Source of the DNA: Callorhinchus milii | Lineage: Eukaryota | Direction of reading: 5' to 3' | Assembly (NCBI RefSeq): GCF_018977255.1 | Contig: NW_024704743.1 | Coordinates: 81,222,001-81,286,000 of the forward strand | DNA length: 64,000 bases | Shown: piece after piece, positions 24,779 through 37,072 of the stretch | How the letters are laid out: each line of letters begins with the position of its first letter | Position numbering within the stretch: the first letter of the stretch is position 1 | Translations under genes and position numbers: made by a program | The notes under the pieces: model-generated | Told to the model about the DNA's origin: nothing | Databases searched by the model: none | Seen by the model: the letters and a program-made list of their open reading frames with translations, nothing else

Positions 24779-26529
24779 AGCTTGTAATGCATTTTTTAAA
24801 TTGTGTGTTAAAATAGTTACCTAACATATCGTCCTGTCACCTTGCAAGTGAGATGGGGCTGAACCAGAGTGAAGGAGAATCTCTCTTTATCACATTCACT
24901 TTCTTCCCCTTCCTAGGTTTCTCTGGGTCCCTTGCAGCCCAAAGTTCGGACAATGGAGCTCTGGTTACCTCACCCAATACTGCTTCACAGCAGCTGTTAA
25001 GTAGGATTAGTCATAGTTCAGATGTGGTTATCCTCTGATTTTCTTTTCACTTATGGTGAGGGTTCTGATCCCCTACCGAGTGCCTCGCTACAGCAGTGCC
25101 AGTAACAGCAGACATCACCATCGTGTTGCTCTTTCTCCATCATTTCAATGATTTTTAGGTTACAGCTGAATGGATTTATTCATGAATATCAGGCCACCAT
25201 ATAAGAATAGCTTGCTTTTAACAGAGACTTGCAGAAGTTTGTTGACCACAGGTTTAAGAGTAATGGCAGATCACCATGTGTTTACTGTAAGGAGTACAAT
25301 AAACCACCCAGTGCACTGCCAATTGACCATTGTTACCTGTAAGTTTCTATTATTGCAATTGCTTCTTCTTCCCATCCCTTATATATGGACCCCTAACCAA
25401 CCTCTGGTGCCTCATCCTGGTGGGCATTAATGTGTGATCCCTGGCAGTGAGTATTGGCAGGCTATTCCACCATAGGAGGTATCATAGCTGAGTCCTTTCC
25501 TACCTTCACTCCCACTTACTTACATCTACATTGAGTACAAAGTAGGAAAGTGGTCTATACTTTCTATCTCCATAATTTGGGAGTCTGACACATCCGTAAA
25601 CCCATTGCAATGCTTAAGAGTATCCAACTGAGATGAAGAGAGTTTCACCTATGTAAAACACCTAGTCACTGAAATGACCATTGAAAATGTAATCTCCCTG
25701 TTGTTCATCTCTCCCCATTATGAGTACAAGCAAAGTTGAATGCATAGATTTGAGTTATGGTCTTAAACATTTTCTGTTTTTTTCCCTTGCAAATTGAGCT
25801 TTTCCAAACCCATTTCATGTTGGTCCCCACAACTAACGAACAGAGGAGAATTTTATCCCATACATCTGAGTGAAAGGATAGTGAACTACTAGTCGCCTCT
25901 CTAAATAGCCTAACGATTAGCTGCAGGACTGCAATGATTCATACTGCTGCTTCTGGTTGTGGGGTTGATGTATTCAAATGCTTGTATTTCACTTAAATAA
26001 TTTTAGCCTCATTTAAAGAATAATGAGGGACCTGCAATTTGTACCTAAACAAACCAATGCAAGATTTGTGAAAATATGTCCTTTCTACAAAATGACTGCA
26101 GGTTGGAACACATCTATTGGTACGTACAATTTTGTTTTTTATTGCAGTTTCACTCCTTTTTCTCCTCCACAATTCTCCCAGAACAAATGTACCTTCCCTC
26201 GCCTAGGGAGGTCTGGAGTCTTGTTCCTTAGACTTCTCCCAGCAGGTGTTTGGAAAGAGTGTCCTGGAATGACTGTTGTGCCTTTCAGTGTTCCTTTGGT
26301 CCTGCAGGGAATTGTATGGTCTTTATTTTGCAACTACCCACAGCAGATTGGGCGAGTTTAAGATTTTGTTATTGGGCAATAGAGTTCTTCAACCCACATC
26401 ATGCCATCCATGGTAAGTGCTCTGAGATGGCATCCAGCGTGAAGGGCGCTATATAAATGCAAGTTGTTATTGTTACCATCTTTTAAAAATCAGCCCATTG
26501 TTTTCTGAAAATTATATTAATTATATTAA

Positions 26530-27117
26530 TAGAGCACCTTTCACTTCGGGAGAACGTGCCAAGGCGCTGGACAGTCAGGGGTCAGGACCTGAGCATGGGG
26601 GAAGGGTGGGTTAGGGATGAGGGAAGGCAGAGAGGTGGGAGAGCGACTGAAGGCACGATTAAAGATGAGGGTCTTGAGACTGGTCTTGAATGAGGCAAGG
26701 GAGGAAACGAGGTGAAGGACTGTGGGATGGAGTTCCAGAGTGTGGGGGCAGAGAGGCTGAAAGCCCGGCCACCGATGGTGGGGCGGGTCGGGCGGGAGAC
26801 ATGGAGCAGGCCGGAGTCTGCTGAATGGAAGGAGTGGACAGGTTGGTAGGGAGTCAGCAGGTCAGAGAGATAGGAGATAGGAGGCCATGGATGGCCTTGA
26901 AAGTGAGGACTAGGATCTTGAATTCGATCCTCTGGGGGATGGGGAGCCAATGGAGTTCGGTGAGGGTGGGAGTGATAGGGTCACGATGCCTGGTGCACGA
27001 GAGTACACGAGCTGCAGAGTTTTGGATGATCTGCAGCTTGTGAAGGGAAGAGTTGGGAAGGCCGATGAGGAGGGGGTTTCCATAATTAAGCCTCGATGTG
27101 ATGAATGCATGGGCAAG
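26530..27117 (-). mobile_element. L2 3' fragment
   Basis: AFITSRLNYGN...IQNSAARVL...[15 protein letters not shown]. Confidence 0.92.
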
Positions 27118-27444
27118 ACACACATGGTGGACTTCTGCTGGTTACCATTTTTACACCGCAAATTATAACGAGTATCTCATAAAGAAGTATAATATGAATC
27201 AGATTTTAGAATTGTTACCCAGCTTTGAATTTATGATCTACTTTGCTCAGTCTACATTAACCATCCAGCTGGCATCTACAATACTTATCTTAGTCAGCGT
27301 TTTACAAACATCTATCACATTTCCATCCAAGTTTGCCTTAAAGAAAATGAGCAGCTCTCTGAATCTTTCAAATTAAGCTCTAATTCAAGTAAAGTTTCCT
27401 GGTTTCAGTGCTTGGGGGGGTGGGGGTGAGGTTTAATATACCAA

Positions 27445-27975
27445 GTGTCACATCCATACCACCATTGGTGGGAGAGCCTTCAGCCACTCTGCCCCCAACC
27501 TCTGGAATTCCATCCCCCAATCACTCCGCCTCGTCCCCTCCTTAGCCTCCTTCAAGTCCCGCCTCAAGACTCTCCTCTTCGACCATGCCATCGGTCACCC
27601 CCCCTCCTGAAACGCTGTACACTGTCCAGCGCCTTGGGATGTCCTCCCGACTTGAAAGGCCTATACAAAGTAATCTTGTTGTTGTTTAAACTCAGAGTCT
27701 AAGCTCGTATAGGTTTGGGGGTGTGCTGCATTGTTGGAGGTGCCGCCCTTTGGATGAGACATTAAACCCACATTCTGATGGATGTTAAAGATCCCATGGC
27801 ACTATTCAAAAAGATAAGGGAGTGTCTCCTAGAGTTATTGACAAACAATAGAATAAATTTGATAAAATGTAACCAAATAAACCAGTCACTACAGTAAATC
27901 CTGTAAAGTGCTTTGAGACATTTTGACAATATGATAAGGCACTATATCAATACAAAGACTATTATTATTACTATT
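27445..27975 (+). mobile_element. L2 3' end (27445-27686) followed by an old DeuSINE-like fragment
   Basis: L2 tail gcgccttgggatgtcctcccgacttgaaaggc...ttgttgttg, then ggaggtgccgccctttggatgagacattaaacc. Confidence 0.8.
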
Positions 27976-29083
27976 ATTATATCTAATTATTATGTCCTGT
28001 ATTGATATGTACCTATCAAGCTACTATTTGACAGAAGCAATCAATTTAAAGAACAGAAGAAAGCACGGAGTAAGAAAAGACCATTCGGTCCCTCTAGCCT
28101 GTTCCTCCCATACACCAGACAAAAGCTATCCTTTCTATGATGACTTTTAGCAATAAGTTTTGCATGGGTACTCCTTGATCGTCAAAGGTAAGGAAGAATG
28201 ATTCATGAATATACTTGTTAAAAGATGCAAAAATATTAATGATGATAATTGCTTGCAAACATTCCAAATCAATTTGATGTTCTTCCCATAAAAGAATTAA
28301 TGCCCAGAATAGATTTATATCAAGTAGTTGACTCTTTGATAAAGAAAGCAATGGGTTCAATGGAGTGGAATAACTGCTTATTAGAGTACAATGATTTCCG
28401 TGTTGCTGGGTTTGGCAGTGAGGACGGAGGGAGGGAAGGTTGTCGCAGACTAAGGTTGAATATTTGTGATGTGGTGATAGATGAATATTATGCCGTATTG
28501 GCTTAAAACTCTTGCCCTGTTCCATATGAATTTGCTAACCACTCACTAGTTGTAGCAGCACAGATAGTGGTGTTAAAGCCATTTAATAACAAAACCTGAG
28601 AAAATAAATCTAAGTTCATAATGGTGACACTGCTCACAAAAATGTTACTGAAACATGAAGCACTTTAGTTACATTCTTATAAAGTTATGTTGTCTCCTTT
28701 AGCACAAAGAATAACATTTGGAGTGGGAAATTGCTGTTCATTTCGTCAAGATTTGTTCTGTCCCCAGACCTTTATACAATGACCCATAGTCTGGACTTTA
28801 ATGGACACAATCCTGAACCAGAAGAGAGATTCTAATGGAAAAGTCCCTTCAGCCCATCCTTCCAGAGGACCATTTTTCCTGGTAAGCATGCTAGTGTTTA
28901 ATTACGATTTGTGTTAAAAACAATACTTCTGGGTACCTATCCTCAACTTTTCCTTCACAGCCCTGAATTTGTGTCTGTTTGTCCTGCTATCATGGCATAT
29001 CTGAAAGTATTATTCCCAATTTACTTTCTCTATCCCACTTAACATTTTATATGTCCATAAAATCTATTCTATAGATTCTATAA

Positions 29084-29412
29084 GTGGAGTCCTGTAGCTC
29101 AGTGGTTGAGCACTCGCTTTGCAAGCGAGAGACCTGAGTTCAATTCCAGGCAGGGCGAAACCTTGGGCAAGTTTCCTTACTCCACACGCCTAATAATAAT
29201 CCCTCCAAAACCAAAAACAATAATAAATTGGTCATTTTCAACCCATGACTGTTTGTGGGACATTGCTGTGCGCAATTGGCTGCCGCGTTCGCCCACAAAT
29301 ATACAGTCAATTCACTTTACAGTGTGTTCTGTGAAGCGCTTTGGGACGTCCTCCTGACGTGAAAAGCGCTATATCAAATGCAAGGATTATTATTATTATT
29401 ATTATTATTATT
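29084..29412 (+). mobile_element. Young tRNA-derived SINE, full length
   Basis: Same head, body and tail as 45982-46292. Long (ATT)n tail. Confidence 0.94.
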
Positions 29413-30424
29413 CTGAGATGGCTCTTTTCCATGCTTAAGTCCAGGTTTATCCAATCATTCTTCTTAGCTCATCCCTCTATTTAAGGTGGGAGTACGCAGT
29501 GCTCCAGGTTCGATCTAACCAGAGCATTCTGCAGTTTGAACATGACTCCTGGAGGTCTGAACTCTTCTGTTATGGCATACAATTTAAAACAGTGATGTTA
29601 TACTGTTTGTGTAAACTGAGATTACATTCTTATGACTCTATAAATGTAATTTTGTTGTGTTGTTATGACATAATCATCATGACATGTGCTTGCAAACAAA
29701 TGATTTCACTGTTTCTCGTTGCCCTCTGGTTTGTTGCACAAATGTGCACTGTTCACCTATGAACTTTAACAGTGAGTGTTGCAGGTTGCTAAGCGTATTG
29801 AGGCCAATTGTAGAGCCTGAGATCAGCACCTGAGAAGTAAAACCATTAAGGGATTTGGTGAAAGAGCTGAGAAGTGGGATGAATAGAAAGGGCAATCAAA
29901 AAACACAGGTGAAGCATTGGGATTGACATGATAAGCAGAATGGTCACCTGTGCTGAAAAGTTCTGTGTTTCTATGTCCTCTGAGTTAAACTAACCTCCCT
30001 GACTAACCATTAGACCTTTTACCTGGTCTCAGCAGTTGAGGAATCATCCTACTTGATTCGGCATTCAATCATTGTGTTGCATGCCCATCAGTCCCATTCC
30101 GATCCAGATATTTTAATCAGCTTTCTCATTTATAGTTGTTAAATGATACAATGTTAGTTGCTGTAGCCGATAGTCTTTTATCATATGCTCACCACAAGTA
30201 TTAATAATCAAAGCCATCCCTCTGGGGAGAGAGTGCATTTACATTTCAGACACTGGAATTCCCATGTGTCGGTGGGATGCACGGAACTCTCAGTCTGGTT
30301 TGGATACTCTTAAGCATGGTGATGATTTCTGCATGTGTCAGACATTTAGCTGACCATAAAAATAGCAATTAGCAAATCATTGGACCCAGATTTCAAAAGA
30401 ATCCAAACCATCCCATCAAAGGAT

Positions 30425-30575
30425 TGTGAAATGGAATGACCAGAGAATAATTTGGTGGCTTGGAGGACTGTTAGAGAGAGTGAGACATTTTATTTCAGGC
30501 CAATTTCAGGTTGGAATAGTTCAGCATGGCCTGGAAATAATTAGAGACCAATTTTAAAGGTCATTCCATTTCACA
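30425..30575. repeat. Nested inverted repeat (MITE-like relic)
   Basis: Perfect 17 bp outer IR tgtgaaatggaatgacc/ggtcattccatttcaca. Inner IR tatttcaggcca/tggcctggaaata. Confidence 0.8.
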
Positions 30576-30723
30576 TGTGCTTGCATGCAAGTTTCAAATG
30601 TTCTTACATTGACCTTCTTACATTAACTTGGATTAATTTTTGCTTATGTTCCTTTTCCGTAAAAGTAATAAGATAGAGTACAAGAGATTGGTGCATTTTT
30701 AGAGCAGTTGCACCATGACAACT

Positions 30724-31038
30724 GTGGAGTCCTGTAGCTCAGTGGTTAGAGCACTTGCCTCGCAAGGAGAGACCTGGGTTCGATTCCGGCAGGGCGAAAC
30801 CTTGGGCAAGTTTCCTTACTCCACATGTCTGATAATAATGCCTCAAGAAAATAAATAAATAAAATAATAATTTGGTCACTCAATCCACAACTGTTTGTGG
30901 GACACTGCTGTGCACAATTGGCTGCCGCATTTCGCCCACAATATACAGTCAATTTACTTTACAGTATGTTCTGTGAAGTGCTTTGAGACATCTAGCAGAC
31001 GTGAAGAGCAGACGTGAAAATGCAAGGATTATAATTAT
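30724..31038 (+). mobile_element. tRNA-derived SINE (intermediate-age tail variant)
   Basis: Full head gtggagtcctgtagctcagtgg. Tail has tttgagacatct instead of tttgggacgtcc. Confidence 0.9.
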
Positions 31039-31354
31039 GGCACCCCTGCATTTATTGTACAGAAAGTTTACCAGAAAAAACACTAATATTTGCTTACATA
31101 ACTGTTGCGGTAATCTTAAATATTTGACTTTGTTTTAAAAATGTAATCAACGAGATGTGACATTTGCAAGGTCCTGCACAATTCTGAGTCTGGGATGACA
31201 TGGATCTCATACTTCCAATAATTTAATGATATTTATATGCAATTTATATTGAATACTGTAAATAAGCTAGGGACAATGCACCCTGCATCAATAAACTATG
31301 TGGCAGGGAAGGCAAACCAAATCTTAGGGCAGGGTTCCCAGTTATACAGTATTT

Positions 31355-32156
31355 GACAGCCTGGCTCAGTTGGAAGCACTGTTGCCTCTGAGTCAGAAGT
31401 TTCTGGGTTAAAGTTCCATGTCAGGATTTAGAATTCATAATAGTTTATGCTCCTACTTCAATGCAGTGTAGATGTACTGCATTGATACATTAAACTGAGG
31501 CCTGTTCACGTGGATTTTAAAGATCCCATGAGACTATTGAAAACAGAAGAATTCCTCCCAGTGTCCTGACCAACAATCCGCAATTAAAATTGGTCATTCA
31601 CTTTATTGCTGTTGGTGGGACTTGCTGTGTGTTTTTTGGCTACTGTGTTTGACCACAAAATACAGAGTCACACCACTTCACAGTATATCTTGTGAAGCAC
31701 TTTGAGACAATCCTCCTGACATGAAAAGAGCTATAACAAATGCAAAGATTATTACTGTATACCCAAATTAAGTAACTTCCTTCAATCATCAATTCCTTTG
31801 TTTTTTTCAATATTTTAATATTTTTAACATAAAATCCCAAATGATACACAAATTGTATAAGTGGTTAGAGTACTCGCCTTGCAAGTGAGACACCTGGGCT
31901 CAATTCCAGGCAGGGCAAAACCTTGGGCAAGTTTCCTTACTCCACACACATAATAATAATCCCTCCAAATTAAAACAATAATAAATTGGTCATTTTCAAT
32001 CCACGACTGTTTGTGGGACACTGTTGTGCGCAATTGGCTGCCACGTTTCGCCCACAAATATACAGTCAATTCACTTTACAGTATATTCTGTGAAGCGCTT
32101 TGAGATGTCTGGAAGTTGTGAAAAGCGCTAAATTAAATGCAAGGATTATTATTATT
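31355..32156 (+). mobile_element. Old DeuSINE-like copy (31355-31755) followed by a younger SINE (31860-32156)
   Basis: Two A-box heads and two L2-type tails. Confidence 0.85.
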
Positions 32157-32384
32157 CTTATTCTTATAATAAGACACCACACAGTGGCATTGAGTGAGTT
32201 AGTGAAGTGATTTTCCTGTGTGGAAGGGGTACAGGAAACTTCCAATTTAGATTCTCCAGTCTGTGCTGAATTAGCTAGTCTCAGTCAAGGTGATGCGCAG
32301 GCAGTGTTTCTGAAATTTTATTTCAGGCTAATTTGGGTCTGGAATATTTTAGTGTTGCCTGATTTTGTGTGCCACTGCAGCCCC

Positions 32385-33120
32385 CTATCTGGGGCGAGGG
32401 TGGCAGAGCCGGGCGATGTTGCAGAAGTGGGGGAAGGCAGAGCGGGTCATGGTGCAGCTATGGGGTAGAAGGGATATTTGAGGGTCAAACAAGATCCCAA
32501 GGTTCCAGACTGGCTCAGTGAGATGGAGTGTGCAACCATGGATGGTGATGCTGTCAGCGCCTGAGGTGAGGAGGCGCTGACGGGAGCCAATCAGGAGAGC
32601 CTCGGTCTTGTTGACGTTCAACTGTAGAAAGTTAGCTCTCATCCAGGACTTAATGTCTGACATTCTGTCAGGACAGCAGCATTCCTGGAGTCAAGGGTGG
32701 ACGCAGAGAGGTACAGTTGTATGTCATCTGCATACATGTGGAAGTTGACCCCATGTCTGTGGATGATGTCACCAAGAGGGAGCATATAGATATTGAAGAG
32801 GAGGGGACCAAGGACAGAGCCCTGAGGAATGCCGCACAAGATGGTGTGGGGGCTAGAGGAGAAGCCATTTGTGGAGATGAAATGGAGGCGGTGTGAGAAC
32901 CAGTCAAGGACAGAGCTGTGAAGGTTGAGACGAGAGGAGAGGCGGTGGAGGAGGATAGAGTAGTCAATGGTATCAAAGGCAGCAGAGAGTTCAAGGAGGC
33001 AGAGGGAGCCCTGGTCGCAGATGGACAGAATGTCATTTTGTCACTTTGACCAGTGCTGTTTCTGTGCTGTGGGAGGCACGGAAACCCGATTAAGAGGGGT
33101 TCGTGAAGGGAGTAGCGGCA
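32385..33120 (-). mobile_element. L2 internal RT fragment
   Basis: [21 protein letters not shown]...YADDIQLY and [16 protein letters not shown]. Confidence 0.92.
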
Positions 33121-33386
33121 GAAGGAGTGAAGCTCTGTCCAGCCCTGTCTCTGTGAAGCACTCTGAGATGTTACCCTCATTGGATGCTGTATAATTACAA
33201 ACTGTTGGGCAGCTGCACGGATTGTTTAAATTTTGGTCAACCGGGTGCCTCGAAGACGAGAAACCCCAACACTGTGCTTAAGAGTCTTCATTCCAAAATA
33301 CCACCCGTTCCACATGTGCATGGCTTCCATTGGTATAGAGTGCACCTTCTCCATCCTCGGGGAACACAGAGATTGCACTAATTTTT

Positions 33387-33746
33387 GAGTGGTTAGAGCA
33401 CTCCAAAAGCGGTGGTTAGAGCGAGTGGTTAGAGCACTCGCTTTGCAAGCAAGAAACCAGGGTTCAATTCCAGGCAGGGCGAAACCTTGGGCAAGTTTCC
33501 TTACTCCACACGCCTAATAATAATAATCCCTCCAAAAAAACAAAACGATAATAAAAAATTGGTCATTTTCAATCCATGACTGTTTGTGGGACATTGCTGT
33601 GCGCAATTGGCTGCCGCGTTCGCCCACAAATATACAGTCAATTCACTTTACTGTATATTCCGTGAAGCGCTTTGGGACGTCCTCCCGACGTGAAAAGCGC
33701 TATATCAAATGCAAGGATTATTATTATTACTATTATCATTATTATT
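33387..33746 (+). mobile_element. Young SINE with a triplicated 5' head fragment
   Basis: gtggttagagc occurs three times at 33387-33440, before a normal body and (ATT)n tail. Confidence 0.92.
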
Positions 33747-34109
33747 AATCCTGGAGAGTGTAGATCTGGGTTAGCTTGGGGAGCCCAGAGCGTGCGCCGG
33801 GGGCGCTGCTGAAGGTTAACCCGCCGAAAACGTGCGGCTCGCCGTCACAAACCCGGGAAGGCTTCCTCGCTGCCTGTTCAGCTGGAATCACCCACCCGTC
33901 AGGGCTTGGGCTTTCGGGGTTAACCCGAAACAAGACTGAAGTCAGCATTCCCTCAGGCTGACCCGTGTGGTATCTTGTGTTGATTTAACAACATCAGGCA
34001 GATGGTGCTCTGTGGGCCAACCTCTTTAAGTTGTCAATCAGGTGTTGGGGTGTGTTGCTGAGTCCTGCCATTGGCTCTGTGTGTGTGTGTGTGTGAGTGA
34101 GAGAGTGTG

Positions 34110-34289
34110 TGTGGAGGTGACTTTCTTCTCTAGAAGTCGAGACGAGAGGTGCAGAGCTGAGAGGAGAAGAGAAGCTCTGGGAACCCGAAGGCTCTGGTCA
34201 GAGAGAGGGAGAGGGAGAGAGAGAGAGAGTGCAAAGGAGGAGGTAACAGAAACCCACACTCTGATGCACATGGTTCCAGTTTTCCGAAG
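34110..34289 (+). other. COL14A1: Putative non-coding exon 1 of COL14A1 (start approximate)
   Basis: Consensus donor AAG|gtaaga at 34289/34290 within the CpG-rich region. From memory, human COL14A1 also starts coding in exon 2. Confidence 0.65.
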
Positions 34290-34712
34290 GTAAGACACGT
34301 TGCTTTTCCTGCACTTTTTTTTCCTTTTGAACAGAGATTGCTTTCCGAGGGTGAACGGGAATGTTGGAGACGAAGAAGACGAAGAAGAAGAAGAAGAAGA
34401 AGAAAAAAAAAGCGAATCGTCCGCAGAATAGTCCGAAAATCCATTGAACGTTCTGTTGCACAGATGTGATCCATCGCGCGCTCGAGTGCACTGCAGTTGA
34501 CTCGGTTCTCTCGATAATAGTTATAATAAATTCCCACGTTTGCGAGACGGCCGCGAGCATCGCATCGTGTGGCTGTGGGACTCGGTTTCAAAAGGTGGAC
34601 GTGAAGCCTCTCTGTGGGAGGGGAGAGGGGGAGAGAGGGAGAGGGGAGAGAGCAAACTGTGTGGAGGCACTGAGTGTTTGCTGAGCCCTGTGACAGCGGG
34701 TTGGCTGTGGTT

Positions 34713-34922
34713 TTGGGTGGGGGGTGTGTGGGGGTGTGGGGGGTGTGGGGGTGTGTGGGGGGTTTGGGTGTGGGGGTGTGTGGGGGGTGTGGGGGGTTGG
34801 GGGGTTTGGGGGGTGTGTGGGGGGTTGTGGGGGGTTTGGGGGGGGGGGTTGGGGGGGTTGGGGGGGGTTTGGGGGGGTTGGGGGGTTTGGGGGGGTGGGG
34901 GGTGGGTGGTTTTGGGGGGGGG
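34713..34922 (+). repeat. G-rich low-complexity tract (G-runs separated by T/TT/TGT)
   Basis: About 210 nt of only G and T, with many runs of four or more G. Confidence 0.95.
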
Positions 34923-35059
34923 TCACAGCCACAGGAAACTATTACTGCTCCAACCTGAACCCCAGGGATGTGCTGACTGACTGTCTCTCTGGATCCCTGC
35001 AGCAAACTCTCAGGGAAACCGGGCTAGTTATGGGGGAAGTTTGTCCCCGGACTTGCAGG

Positions 35060-35113
35060 CGGGCCGGGTCGGGCCGGGTCGGGTTGGGTCGGGTCGGGCC
35101 GGGTCGGGTCGGG
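35060..35113 (+). repeat. (GGGTC/GGGCC)n pentamer repeat
   Basis: gggccgggtcgggccgggtcgggttgggtcgggtcgggccgggtcgggtcggg. Confidence 0.9.
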
Positions 35114-35783
35114 CTGTTTGCAGTCGCTTTCAAGGCTCCTCTTCGCTGTTGATGTGCTTCTCACACCAGAGCCGAACCGCCTGGTCCTGATCCCCTGGAG
35201 CCCGAGAGGGATCAAAGCGAAGAGAGAGCTCGCCCGGGGCTGTCGGGGTCCCGTTTGCAGTATTGCTGTTCGGGTGTTAAGAAGAACAAATGCAATTTCT
35301 CTTTAAAGTCAGTTGTTTTGGGTGGGGGGGGGGGGGGGAGTCCGATTGTGCAGATACCAAGGCAGGTAGGACTGGGGGGAGCGGGTGGGGGGTAGTATCT
35401 AACTGGTTTAGGAGAGAAGAAGGATGTGGGCACCACCCCCTCACCCAGGGGGTACTTTCATGGTTAATGAAGTGAACCTTAAAGCAGGTGATGAGGCTTC
35501 AGGTTGTCTGACCAAGGCGATGGTGGGTACCACAGGCTGTGTGTCCATGTCACTGGGAGATGGAGGAGGGAGCTCCTAACCTCACTGATCTTGGGAGAAT
35601 TTCCAGAATCACCACCTCTGAAATGAACACCAGACTTCAGCGCTGACAGCATGATTTTGAGTTTCTTCCTTTTTTTTATTTCGGCAAGATATCCCCTTTA
35701 CATTGTGACCTGCCACCACCGATCGTTTCGCAAATGGCTACCGTAAAATCGCCTATGATTTTGAAGCGGAATTCATTTTGACA

Positions 35784-35995
35784 GAAACAAGAACAAAAAG
35801 GCGCTGGGAACTCTCAGCAGGTCAGGCAGCATCTATGGAGAAAGGAAAGTGAGTCAACGTTTCGGGTCCCCAAGGGTCCGGGACCCCTTGACTCACTTTC
35901 CTTTTTCCATAGATGCTGCCTGACCTCCTGAGCGTTCCCAGCGACTTTTTGTTTTTGTTTCGGATTTCCAGCATCTGCAGTATTTCGCGTTTTGT
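35784..35995. mobile_element. Palindromic repeat, probably Penelope-like-element derived
   Basis: ~74 bp inverted arms at 35784-35857 and 35888-35961 (cagcaggtcaggcagcatctatggag / tccatagatgctgcctgacctcctg). Family assignment is from memory. Confidence 0.7.
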
Positions 35996-36611
35996 TCATT
36001 TTGACGGAATTAAATTGGCAGAATGTGAGCAGTTTATTGAAGTTAGTCTGTGAGGATATCATTTCACTGGAGAACTTGTCTACAAAGTTGGCAGAACAAT
36101 AGTTGAGGGGAATTCCTTGCCCCCACCCCACACACACCCATACATAACAGTGAATATTCGCTATTGCTGTGTTAATGAACTCCTTCAAAAAAACACAAAG
36201 AATAATTCTTTCAGAACAAGCCTGATTGTTGAATATATAGGTCAGATTAAATACAGATGATCTAATGCTCTCCAGATCTGTCGAGGATGAGATGAAATAA
36301 GCCAAAAGATTTTCTTCTTCCAAATCTCTCTTGGGATCTTGTGAGAACACACTGTTGAATCCCACATTGCTGGAAGCCATCAGAGGAGTGCAACGTGTCA
36401 GATTTGAATAAGGTGGATGTGGATTAAAAACCACATCAATGTTCTGGAGTCTTTATTAAGTTTGGGATTGGGAAGATCTTTCCCTAGTCGTAGGAAAGGA
36501 TAAGATTTGATAACAGAAAACAAACACACTGTAATTTAACACTGGTGGTCATTTTGCTGCCATTGTATCCTAATACTGTTTTAATGCACAATAAAACATT
36601 CTGTATTTATA

Positions 36612-36780
36612 ATACAACAATAATAATGCTTGCATTTGAAATAACGCTTTATCACATCATTGAGCCATCCCAAAGCGCTTCACAGAATATACTGTAAATT
36701 AGATCGACTGTATTTTGTGGCTGAAATGCAGGAGCCAATTGGGCACAGCAGTGTCAAACAAACAGTCGTGGATTGAGCAG
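36612..36780 (-). mobile_element. SINE 3' half, minus strand
   Basis: Reverse complement of the Deu-like body and tail (caaagcgcttcacagaatatactgtaaa...gccaattgggcacagcagtg). Confidence 0.82.
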
Positions 36781-37072
36781 ACTCCAGTGTCAGCGTACAA
36801 TAAACCCCCAAAGAATTTAATTGGATATTAAAATATTGAATTAGAAATATATCAGAGAAATAGAACATTTCTGTAGTTAGCATTTCAGTTTTTAATTAGC
36901 ATCGTTGTTGAAATATAATTTAATTTTACATTTGGTGCAAAAGTTCCAGTCGTGTTAACATTGTGGCTTGTTTGCTTTGTCTGCTTGTTCTAATCTGTCT
37001 CTTTGAATTACAGCTGCTTTGTCGAGTCTTCCCAGGAGTGTTGAGTAAAGCCCCCATAGACAGGAGATAAGC

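Larger units (their letters stand above)
33770..35270 (+). promoter_or_regulatory. COL14A1: CpG/GC-rich promoter and first-intron region of COL14A1
   Basis: Visibly CpG-dense and free of interspersed repeats. Reverse CCAAT (attgg ~34070), (GT)n and (GA)n tracts. Contains a strong donor ~2.7 kb upstream of the ATG exon. Confidence 0.72.

Noticed and set aside
34334..34600. Acceptor-like ttttgaacag followed by a (GAA)n tract, as an alternative exon
   Set aside because: Only ~45 nt from the exon 1 donor, and there is no convincing downstream donor.
34130..35152. Long Pro-rich and Gly-rich ORFs (291, 146, 142 aa)
   Set aside because: By-products of the stop-free G/T tract and microsatellites; not collagen Gly-X-Y sequence.
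35814..36434. 206-aa minus-strand ORF antisense to COL14A1
   Set aside because: Non-ATG start, no recognisable domain, and it ends inside the palindromic repeat.
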